From Candidatus Marinacidobacterales bacterium (lineage in GTDB: Bacteria; Acidobacteriota; Vicinamibacteria; Marinacidobacterales; SMYC01): a stretch of DNA of 64,000 bases. The notes beneath the pieces are model-generated. The model was given only the letters and a program-made list of their open reading frames with translations. It was not told the origin of the DNA and searched no databases. Shown in pieces: positions 32,799 through 41,502 of this stretch. The stretch spans positions 7,488,001 through 7,552,000 of the forward strand of contig OZ250169.1 in NCBI GenBank assembly GCA_965237955.1, in the 5' to 3' direction. The stretch's first letter is position 1, and the number at the start of each line of letters is the position of its first letter. The position numbers were made by a program, and so were the translations under genes.

Positions 32799-33920
32799 TC
32801 AACACAGTTTCGCCGCCCGCATGTATGCGAGATAGGCGATGACGATCCCAAAGCACACCGTCAGGACCGATGCGTTCATGAACGCCTGGTACGCGGTGCG
32901 TCCGATTAGATCGTAAATCGAGAATCCAATCACGACAAAATTGATTGCGAGGAACCATCGGAACGGAAGCTCCACAAAATGATCGGCGAGCAGCGTCACC
33001 GCCAACGCCGCGGTAAGAAACTGATAGTCCCATCCCAGCGGGGAAACGATCGGGATCAACGTCAACAATAGAGCGCACTCGAGAACTGCGGCCCGTGGCA
33101 TACCACGACCGCGCACGATGATCGTCAAAACGACCGCGGCCAGCAGCAAAACGACCGCGAAGGCGAGTTTTCCCGAGAGCGCGGCGTCTCCGGTCCACTT
33201 GGTAAGGGCACCGACGGCGGAAACGTTGTCGGCGGCACCGAGCTGGGCCGGCGTCGATTCCGAGAGGGTGACGTACCACTCACGGTGCACGTCGACGTTC
33301 CCTTCGAACCCATAGAAGATCGACGGGAGCACGAACGCCGCCGCCAACACCCCGAGCCCGCTCGCGAGCGCCCGCCAGTTCCCGGTCACGACGAGATACG
33401 GAAAGAAAATGAACCCGTAGGGCTTGAGCGCGGTCGCGAATCCCAAAAGCGTGCCCGCGCGTACTCTACGTGATTCGAGCAGACTCACCACCATGAACAA
33501 GAGCACCAAGGTGATGAGGATGTTGATCTGCCCGAGCTTCAGCTCGCGGAAGCAAAACTTCGCGAGCACGACCGGAGGGATCGCGATGACCCACCACGGC
33601 CTCTTGGTGTCGGCGGACACGATGCGCTTCGCCACGAAGAAAAGCGCGATCGCGCCGACGACGCTCAGCGCATACCAAACCGCTTTCGCTGCTTCGACGG
33701 GGAGCGCGGTGAGCGGCACGTACAGCACCGCCGAGAACGGGAAATACTTGAACATGAAGTGACCGTCTCCGGTTTGATAAAGCGTTTCCCCGGCAACGAT
33801 TCTCTCGGCGGCGCGGTAGTTGACCGCGAAGTCCACCATGTCGGCGCGAATGCGGACGAGGTAGGCGGTGGTAAAGAAAAGCGCAGCAAGAACCGGGAGC
33901 GCTACGGGACGGAGCCTCAT
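32799..33920 (-). CDS. GT87/DUF2029-like membrane glycosyltransferase
   Basis: DFAVNYRAA, FKYFP, LGQIN, ALKPY, SPLGWDY. Confidence 0.82.
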   Translation of the reverse strand: MRLRPVALPVLAALFFTTAYLVRIRADMVDFAVNYRAAERIVAGETLYQTGDGHFMFKYFPFSAVLYVPLTALPVEAAKAVWYALSVVGAIALFFVAKRIVSADTKRPWWVIAIPPVVLAKFCFRELKLGQINILITLVLLFMVVSLLESRRVRAGTLLGFATALKPYGFIFFPYLVVTGNWRALASGLGVLAAAFVLPSIFYGFEGNVDVHREWYVTLSESTPAQLGAADNVSAVGALTKWTGDAALSGKLAFAVVLLLAAVVLTIIVRGRGMPRAAVLECALLLTLIPIVSPLGWDYQFLTAALAVTLLADHFVELPFRWFLAINFVVIGFSIYDLIGRTAYQAFMNASVLTVCFGIVIAYLAYMRAAKLC

Positions 33921-34061
33921 CAGCCTACCAAGCCTACCAAGCCGACCACGATAGAGCATGCTACCCCGAAGCGCGGAATGCTTCTACCCTCACACGGCCT
34001 CACACGGCCTCGCAGGGCCTTACGCGGTCAATCGTCGTGGAGTGAGTTATCATCTGACTCT

Positions 34062-36560
34062 GTGAGTCCCCTCGCGGCCACGCTGGCCACCATCGCCATC
34101 TTCTTTGCTCCCGGAGTGCTACTCGTCTCCGCTCTCGCGGGTCGAGACAAGATCGCGCTGAGCCTGGGTGAGCAGCTCTACCTGACGGTCGCGAGCAGTC
34201 TTCTGCTGTCCGGTTGGGTTGGGCTCACCCTCGCCGAGATCGGCCGGTTCTCGCCGGCGAATGTCGCTGCCGTCGTCGCGATTCTCGTCGCCGTGGCCGC
34301 GCTCGCGTCGCGAAAACACCTTTCGTTCAACCCGGGCTCGAGAGACTGGCGGGAGCTCGGCGTCGCGACCGCGCTCCTCGCGTTCACGCTCGTGGCCTAC
34401 TACCCACCTTACGAGTACATCCTCGGCGGTCGCGATCCCGGAATCTACGTGAACACCGGCTTCCACCTCGCGCGCGAGGGGAATCTCACGTTCACCGATC
34501 CTGTCATCGCGAGCATCCCCGAAGAGGACTGGGCACTTTTTTTCCGCGTGGACAAGGAGCTACCCGACTGGAACCATCTACGCTTTCAAGGCTACCGGCT
34601 CGAGAACCCGAGCTCAGCGCGGGTCGCGCCCCACGGCCTTCACCTCTACCCGACGTGGATCGCTACCGCGGCAGCGTTGTACGAAATGAAAGCCGGGCTT
34701 TACGCCACTCCGTTTTTCGCGATGTTGGGAGCTCTCGGGTTGTTCTTTGCGCTCCGCCGTATCTTCGGTTTCGAGATCGCAGCGTGGGCGTCGGCGTTCC
34801 TGACCGTGTTCCAGATACAAATCTGGTTCGCGCGGTTTCCGAACTCGGAAGTCGTGGTGCAGTTTCTGTACGCGACCGCGCTCCTGTTCTTTTTCTTCAT
34901 GGAAGAAAACCGCTCGACGATCGCGGGCGCGGCGGCGGGCGTTGCTCTCGGCTCGACCCTCCTCGCTCGCGTGGAGAACGTCCTTTTTTTGGTCCCGATT
35001 GCGCTGGTGATGGGATGGAAACGCTTGCGACGTGAGCTCAGCGCTCCCGAGCTCGCGTTCCTCGGCGGGTTCTCCATCCTCGCTCTCCACGCCGCGGTTC
35101 ACGATCGGTTCGTGAGCTGGCCGTACGTATCGAGCATTCTCGGGCGCCACTACTGGCGCATTCTCGGAGACAACCTCTGGGCCGTCGCCGCTCTCGGCGT
35201 CATCGGATTCGTCGTCGTCGACCGCTTGGCGCGCCGTCTGCCGAGCCGGACGTACACGTTCGTTCAATCCAACCGGTTCAGGATAGGCGCCGCGCTGGCG
35301 TTCGCCGCGCTCGCGTCATTCACGTATTTCGTGCGACCGTTCTGGCACGGACCGCGCACCGCACCGCACGATGCCGAGGCATTGTTGAGGATGAGCTGGT
35401 ACCTCTATCCACTGGGCGTCGCGCTTGCGGTCTCGGGAGCGATGGTGCTTCTGGTGCGGGCCAAGAAGACTCAGGTCTTCTTTCTCATCACCGGCCTCAC
35501 GTTCTCGCTGTTCTTTTTTTACAAAGTGCGGGTCTGGCACGATCACTACTTCGCGATGCGGCGTTTCATTCCCGTGATCCTTCCGAGCCTCGTCGTTTGC
35601 ATATCGGTCTTTCTGGCGAGCCTCCGTTGGGATGCCCGGCGCCTCACCACATGGGGTGCCCGCGTCATCGCGACAACGCTTCTCGTGATCTACCTCGCCG
35701 ATGGGCGCGCGCTATGGGCGTTTCGAGGGCACGAAGAATTTCCCGGAAGCCTCGATTTCGTCGAGGAGCTCGCGCGTCACATCGGCGACGACGACCTCGT
35801 CATCTTCCCTCGCCGGGAAGGGTTGCACATGCTCGAGCTCCCTCTTGCCGAGCTCGAAGGTAAGAACGTGCTCGAGTTCTACTCGCTCAAACCTCCCCGT
35901 GATCGTCTCGAAGATCTGCTCGTTCAATGGCGTGACGAGTATCGCGATGTGTACTTCGTAACCAACTACAAAATCTCGCTGTCGGGACTCTTCACCCGGC
36001 ACGTGAAGGATTTCTGGTTCGCGACCGAGAAGTACGAATACGCGTACACGCGACCTCCCAACGCGGCCGAGCCGTTTCATTTGCGGTTCACGCTCTCGAA
36101 GGCCGTCGACCTCGATGATTTGGCCGAGCGCGTACCCAAGCTGCCCGGCCTCGACGTCGGGGGAAGCGATGACCTTCAGGTCGCGTGGTTTCACGAAAAA
36201 GAGCTCGACGAAGAGAGTACGAGCTACCGGTGGAGCCAGCGGACGTCTTCCGTCTTTCTACCCGCTGTCGGGAACGGGACGAGGACGCTCCACGTGCGTT
36301 TCGCTGGGCCGAAGGAAGAAGAAGCTCCTCTCCACCCGGTCGAGCTCACGATCGACGGACACTCTCTGGGAACGATCACCCTGAGCCGCGAATTCGAGAG
36401 TTACGAGCTCGAGATGCCGCCCGAGCTTCGACAGCGAGCCGAGTCAACCTACGCGGTTCTGACGCTGAGCACGGAAATTTGGCGCCCGTCGAACTGGATA
36501 ACTGACGCGACCGACGTGCGCGAGCTCGGCGTCCGCGTCGACTCGATCGAAGTCCGCTAG
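34062..36560 (+). CDS. Large GT-C-fold membrane protein with soluble C-terminal domain
   Basis: GRDPGIY, FARFPNSE, RRFIPV, many TM helices; start set at GTG 34062. Confidence 0.7.
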   Translation: MSPLAATLATIAIFFAPGVLLVSALAGRDKIALSLGEQLYLTVASSLLLSGWVGLTLAEIGRFSPANVAAVVAILVAVAALASRKHLSFNPGSRDWRELGVATALLAFTLVAYYPPYEYILGGRDPGIYVNTGFHLAREGNLTFTDPVIASIPEEDWALFFRVDKELPDWNHLRFQGYRLENPSSARVAPHGLHLYPTWIATAAALYEMKAGLYATPFFAMLGALGLFFALRRIFGFEIAAWASAFLTVFQIQIWFARFPNSEVVVQFLYATALLFFFFMEENRSTIAGAAAGVALGSTLLARVENVLFLVPIALVMGWKRLRRELSAPELAFLGGFSILALHAAVHDRFVSWPYVSSILGRHYWRILGDNLWAVAALGVIGFVVVDRLARRLPSRTYTFVQSNRFRIGAALAFAALASFTYFVRPFWHGPRTAPHDAEALLRMSWYLYPLGVALAVSGAMVLLVRAKKTQVFFLITGLTFSLFFFYKVRVWHDHYFAMRRFIPVILPSLVVCISVFLASLRWDARRLTTWGARVIATTLLVIYLADGRALWAFRGHEEFPGSLDFVEELARHIGDDDLVIFPRREGLHMLELPLAELEGKNVLEFYSLKPPRDRLEDLLVQWRDEYRDVYFVTNYKISLSGLFTRHVKDFWFATEKYEYAYTRPPNAAEPFHLRFTLSKAVDLDDLAERVPKLPGLDVGGSDDLQVAWFHEKELDEESTSYRWSQRTSSVFLPAVGNGTRTLHVRFAGPKEEEAPLHPVELTIDGHSLGTITLSREFESYELEMPPELRQRAESTYAVLTLSTEIWRPSNWITDATDVRELGVRVDSIEVR

Positions 36561-36577
36561 TCCTCAGCATTTTTTTC

Positions 36578-36690
36578 AACGCAAAGACGCAAGGGCGCAA
36601 AGACGCAAAAGAAACAATCCACGTCGGGATCCGGGTCCGCGATCGATCTCTTGGCGCCTTCGCGTCTTTGCGCCTTTGCGCCTTTGCGTT
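36578..36690. repeat. Inverted arrays of CGCAAAGR octamers between convergent genes
   Basis: acgcaaagacgcaagggcgcaaagacgcaaa ... tttgcgcctttgcgcctttgcgtt. Confidence 0.8.
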
Positions 36691-36694
36691 TTTT

Positions 36695-38845
36695 CTAGCG
36701 GATGTAGCCGAGCGCTCGTAGCTGACGCTCAGTGTCTTCATCGATGACCACCGGTGCGGGCGCGACCTCGGGCGTGGGCGCGGCGTGCCGTAGGTAGCCC
36801 TCGAGAAAATCAGCGCGGCGGCTTCGATCGCGAGCGAGAGTCGTCGCCTCCCGCCGATCCATTTCCACGTCGAACAGCTGATACGGCGCGATCGGGCGAT
36901 CGTAGTCCAGGTAGCGGATCAGCTTGTCGTTTCCGACGACGACGCTTTCCACTTCTCGCCCATCGAGAAGCAGATAGCTGAGAACGGCGGGCTCGCGCCC
37001 GTAGGGACCGGCGTCGACGAGGCGCCATAGACTCCGGCCGAGGAGTCCAGATCTTCGCGGGCCACCCACATAGTCGAGCACCGTGGGAACGAGATCGATG
37101 TGCTGCGCCAGGTTGTGAATCCGCCTCCCGGCGCCTTTGCCCTGAGACCACTTGATGATGAGTGGGACGTGGAGCTGCTCACCGTACAGGGTTTTACCGT
37201 GACGCCAACGACCGTGATCGTCGAACTCCTCGCCGTGGTCGGACACGAGGATGATGAGGGCATCCTCGTACAACCCCTCGGCTTTCAGCGCGTCGATGAA
37301 CCGTCCGAACTGGGAGTCCGCAAAGGCAACGTCTTCGTCGTAGAGCTCGACGAGACGCGTGAGCTCGTCAGGCGATAGCGTCACGCGGCCATCCTCGAGC
37401 GATTCCATGAACGAGACGCTGCCGAATGCGTCGCTGTCGAAATAGGCGGTCGCGTAAGGATCATGCGGATCCGCCGTGTGCAAGTAGAGAAAAAACGGCT
37501 CGGCGTCCTTAGGCCGGGTCTCGACCCAATCGACGGCGCGATCGATCAGCTGATCGCCACGCGCGCCGAGAATGCCGTCGTCGTGCAACAAGAGCTCGAA
37601 CGTGTCGAACCCACGGTCGAACCCGAAGATCGCGGACACGTTCGTGTTGACGACGAGCGCCGCGGTCTCGTAGCCGAGCTCTTGAAGATCCTCGGGCAGT
37701 GTCCGCACGGCGGCGGGGAGCCCGTCTTCCCTCTGGTTCGCGGTGTGCGCGCGCGGATGAAGCCCGGTGAGGATAGACGCGGTCGCCGGTTTGGTCCACG
37801 ACGACTGGGCTAGCGCCCGTTCGAACAAAGTGCCGTCGACGGCGAGCGCGTCGATGCGGGGCGTCGACTTCGAGTATCCGTAGCAGCTCAAGTGATCGGC
37901 ACGCAGGGTGTCGATGAGATAGACGATGATGTTGGGTCGGCGCTCCACCGAGGCCACGATCGTGTCGGTTTGGGCCGTCGACGTCACGATCACCGGTCTC
38001 TGCAACACGACATCCTCCGAAAAAGCCTGCAGTGAGATCCGCGTGATCTCACCCGAAGAAGGAAGCTCGAGCTCAGCGCGCCGCGACGGGGCGTCGAACC
38101 GGCGCTCGACGTGGGTCGAAAGCGTGTCGGCGGACACCGTCAAAGCACCCTCTTTTTCTGGACGCACCGCGTCGACGACGAAACGGCTATCCGGGGACGG
38201 CCTCACGAAGTAGTCGATGCGAACGCCGGCGGGAAGATTCATGGCGGCGGTCGCATCGGCACCGCCGACAAGAGGATCCTCCGCCTCGAACGCACCATCG
38301 ACTCTCAGCCAGTCCCAGCCGACGCCGAGACGCCTGTCGTCACTGACTCCGGAAATGACTTCGCTCGGTGCCCGGTGGTAGCCGTAGAGAAACCGAAGCT
38401 TGTTGTCTCCGCCAACCTGATACTCCACAGGCAGGCTGACGTGGTACTCGCCCGGCTCAGAGGCGAGCTCTAGCTTGGTGAGCTCGTGATCGTTGAGCAC
38501 GAGCGTCAGCGTTTGCCCCGGAGCACCGTCAAAGCCGAACGGCCAATACCGAAACGTCAGCGAAAGCGCGCGCGGCTCGCTGAGCGAAAGGCGAAGCTCG
38601 GACTCCCCGCCGTCGGACCACACGAAACTGACACTGTCCCCCGTCGTCTCGTTGCCGGAGAAGCCGGAGACGAAAAGCTCGCGCGCATCTTCCCCGCCGA
38701 AGTCGACAATAGCGGTCTCGGGAACCACCTGCGCTTCGGGGAAAAGAGCGACGAGGTCGTGGCTTATGCGTTCTTCGGAGTGGCACGCACCAAGTCCGAT
38801 CCCTAGAGCGAGCGCTGCAACAAAGACTCGACGTCGGCGTCTCAA
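36695..38845 (-). CDS. Sulfatase-like hydrolase/transferase, probable lipoprotein
   Basis: LGAC lipobox; IDTLRADHL, SSWTKPA, DPHDPY, SDHGEE, LRALGY. Confidence 0.88.
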   Translation of the reverse strand: MRRRRRVFVAALALGIGLGACHSEERISHDLVALFPEAQVVPETAIVDFGGEDARELFVSGFSGNETTGDSVSFVWSDGGESELRLSLSEPRALSLTFRYWPFGFDGAPGQTLTLVLNDHELTKLELASEPGEYHVSLPVEYQVGGDNKLRFLYGYHRAPSEVISGVSDDRRLGVGWDWLRVDGAFEAEDPLVGGADATAAMNLPAGVRIDYFVRPSPDSRFVVDAVRPEKEGALTVSADTLSTHVERRFDAPSRRAELELPSSGEITRISLQAFSEDVVLQRPVIVTSTAQTDTIVASVERRPNIIVYLIDTLRADHLSCYGYSKSTPRIDALAVDGTLFERALAQSSWTKPATASILTGLHPRAHTANQREDGLPAAVRTLPEDLQELGYETAALVVNTNVSAIFGFDRGFDTFELLLHDDGILGARGDQLIDRAVDWVETRPKDAEPFFLYLHTADPHDPYATAYFDSDAFGSVSFMESLEDGRVTLSPDELTRLVELYDEDVAFADSQFGRFIDALKAEGLYEDALIILVSDHGEEFDDHGRWRHGKTLYGEQLHVPLIIKWSQGKGAGRRIHNLAQHIDLVPTVLDYVGGPRRSGLLGRSLWRLVDAGPYGREPAVLSYLLLDGREVESVVVGNDKLIRYLDYDRPIAPYQLFDVEMDRREATTLARDRSRRADFLEGYLRHAAPTPEVAPAPVVIDEDTERQLRALGYIR

Positions 38846-38849
38846 CGGG

Positions 38850-40128
38850 CTAGCCGCTCTCGGCGGCGGGGACTTCGAGGATGCGAATGGTAGGACCGAA
38901 CAATCGACCCGCCTCGGGCTCGAACTGTTTCACCAGTGGGCATCGACCGAACAGACGTTCATAGTTTCGCGTTTGGCGGTGCTCAGGGCCGAAACGCCGA
39001 TAGCTCGTCGAGGTCACGATGAGATATTGAACGCCCGCCTCTGTCTACACCGGAGGCGCCCGCGAGCCCCTGGAAACCGTAGTTGAACAGACCAGCGCCC
39101 ACGTGATCGAGGAAGCGAGCGAGATCCGCGTAGAAGTACGGGCAGCCGACGGTGAAACCCTGGATCGAGCCGACAACGCCGAGGTAGAGATCGGACGTCG
39201 AAACGATGCCGATGCCGCGACGGAACGTAACCGCCAGGAAAAACGGAATCAGGAGGAGTGCCGCGTTGTATTTCACCGCGACCGTGAATCCGACGACCGC
39301 GCCCGCGGCCAGAGCGAGCCCGCGGCCGCCGCGATCGAGATAGACGAGCGTCACAAGAACGCTCGTCGTGGAGAACAACACCAACAAGGAGTCGGGTTTG
39401 TTGTATTGGGAAACTTCGACGACGCCCGGCATCACCGCAAACAGCGCTGATGCCACCAATCCGATGCGCGTCCCGAAGACCCATTGGCCCAGAAGGAACA
39501 CGACGAGTACCGCGAGCGTTCCCGGCACGACGCCGGCGCCGAAGCGTCCCCAGAACAACATGTCTTCGACTTGCATCTGGTGAACGCTCTTCCAACGGCC
39601 GGTGGGCGCTTCGAGATAGAACACGGCCAGATACGTCGCGACGTTCACGTACGGCTGAACGCTCGGATGGTGCCACCACCGCGGGTTCATATCGCCGCGC
39701 TTGATCATTTGGAGGTACGAGTGAACGTATTCGTACTCGTCCGGAATGTAGCTTTGAGGAAGCCCGATGGTGATGCCGTCGTAGCGCACGGAGAAGGCGA
39801 CGACAAGAATCGCAGTGACCAAGATGGGTGTCTTGCCGCGGCGGAGAAGCGCGACGAGCTCGTCCCGATTCCGAGGAAGGCCGAGATAGCTCACGAGGAA
39901 CCAGGCGACGGTCATACCGATGACGAGAGCTGCGAGTGTCTTCCGCGAGACCGACGGCTCGGCGACATGGAGGTAGTACCCGTTCGTCAGGAGGGTCGCG
40001 GTGGAAAGGAGAAGAAGAACGAACCCGATGAGCCGCCGCGTGCGCTCGGTGGGTCGCAATGACCCGAAGGACGAGGCGTCACCGTCGTGGTCGCTTCCGC
40101 CGTCTTCGGGGACCGGGACGTCTGGCAT
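38850..40128 (-). pseudogene. PMT/ArnT (GT39/83-like) glycosyltransferase with internal deletion and frameshift near 39045
   Basis: PDE, MNPRWWHHP, VKYN; a C-terminal segment YLIVTS..GPTIRIL follows in another frame. Confidence 0.7.
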
Positions 40129-40361
40129 GTCTCAAAATAATACAGTCGCCGTCGGGACTCGATCAAACACCGCGCTGCCTCCCCCTGGTGGTATAGGCTC
40201 TTCCGATATCCAAACCCGGAAGCTCGAGGGTACGCCTCGGGCTTCCGCAAGAGGAGTGCGTCGCTTCCGCGCCGCAATCCAACCAAGGACGCGCCGGTGT
40301 TACAATCCCGCTGGCGTTGAGGGACGAACTCCGAAACACTGCGCCGTAGAAGGAGGCGAGC

Positions 40362-41165
40362 ATGAGTTTTGGGCGAAGAGATCTCTTACTAGGCGCCGCC
40401 AGCGTCGCAGCCGGTGTGCCCCTGGGCGCGCTTGTCCAGCGGAAGTTGGATGTGACGCAGGCTCCAGGGTCGAACGAGGCGAGGGGCATGGCTCCGCCGG
40501 CTACCCCGTCTACTATTGACGAGCCAGGGCTCGTGTCGTTTTCCCAAAGCGGGGAGGACATCATCGCCGGTTTTACCCTGAATTATCTGAAGGTGAAAGA
40601 CATTAGCTACCTCGATATCGGTGCCTATGACCCGATCCTGATCAACAATACCTATTATTTTTATCGTCAAGGCCATCGCGGCGTGCTCGTTGAGCCGAAT
40701 GTGACGATCTGCGAAAAACTGATGGCGGTTCGGCCTGAGGACACGACTCTCGTCGCCGGCATTGGTGCGACGGCGGTGAGCGAGGCCGATTACTACGTGA
40801 TGAGCGAACCCTCTTGGAGTACCTTCTCGAAGGAGGAGGCCGAACACCAGGAGCGAATCACCAACGGTGAGATAACCATCCAGGAAGTGCGTCGTTTACC
40901 GCTACTCGATGTCAACGCGGTCATGGAAGAGCATTTCGACGGGGCGCCAACGTTCGTATCCATCGATGCCGAGGGGCTGCATACCGCGATCCTGAAGGCG
41001 ATCGACTATCGTCGTTTCCGCCCCAAAGTCATCTGTGTGGAGACCCTGGTCTCCGGCGCCAACGACACGATTCCCGAAATTCCAGCTTTTATGGAGACCC
41101 AGGGCTACGTTCCCCGCGGCGGGTCGTTTGTAAACACGATCTTCGTGAATGCTGAGATCTTGTAG
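40362..41165 (+). CDS. FkbM-family methyltransferase with twin-arginine N-terminus
   Basis: FSQSGED, LDIGAYDP..NNT, VEPN, SIDAEG, PKVICVE; GRRDLL. Confidence 0.88.
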   Translation: MSFGRRDLLLGAASVAAGVPLGALVQRKLDVTQAPGSNEARGMAPPATPSTIDEPGLVSFSQSGEDIIAGFTLNYLKVKDISYLDIGAYDPILINNTYYFYRQGHRGVLVEPNVTICEKLMAVRPEDTTLVAGIGATAVSEADYYVMSEPSWSTFSKEEAEHQERITNGEITIQEVRRLPLLDVNAVMEEHFDGAPTFVSIDAEGLHTAILKAIDYRRFRPKVICVETLVSGANDTIPEIPAFMETQGYVPRGGSFVNTIFVNAEIL

Positions 41166-41192
41166 CGGCGCGTCTCGCGTCCGCAGGTCTCA

Positions 41193-41235
41193 GGAAAACA
41201 AAAGAGCCGACTGCCCATTGGGGTTACCGGCTCTT
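41193..41235 (-). terminator. Intrinsic terminator
   Basis: AAGAGCCGGTAACCCCAATGGGCAGTCGGCTCTT followed by TTGTTTT on the minus strand. Confidence 0.7.
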
Positions 41236-41254
41236 CCAATTCTTGAGTTGGCTC

Positions 41255-41353
41255 TTAGGGTCCGCCCAAGAATCGATAGATTTTTGCGCGGGCCCTTAGG
41301 AGTCGCCCAAGAATTAATTCGACATTCTTCTTGGCGTGATGGTGTAGTTCCAT
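41255..41353 (-). other. Candidate 32-aa leader or small peptide
   Basis: AAGGAAGG upstream; MELHHHAKKNVELILGRLLRARAKIYRFLGGP; precedes the terminator. Confidence 0.35.
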
Positions 41354-41502
41354 TTTGGGAGCGCCCTTCCTTGCCGTATGGGCGTCAACGGGTTCTGAAC
41401 CCGTGTGGCAAAATACTCGAACCCACTGCCGCCCACAAGCTTCGGCGGTTTTGCCTCGACGGTCGGGGGCTGGTTGAATCCGAGGTTGCGGTCGGGTACG
41501 TT

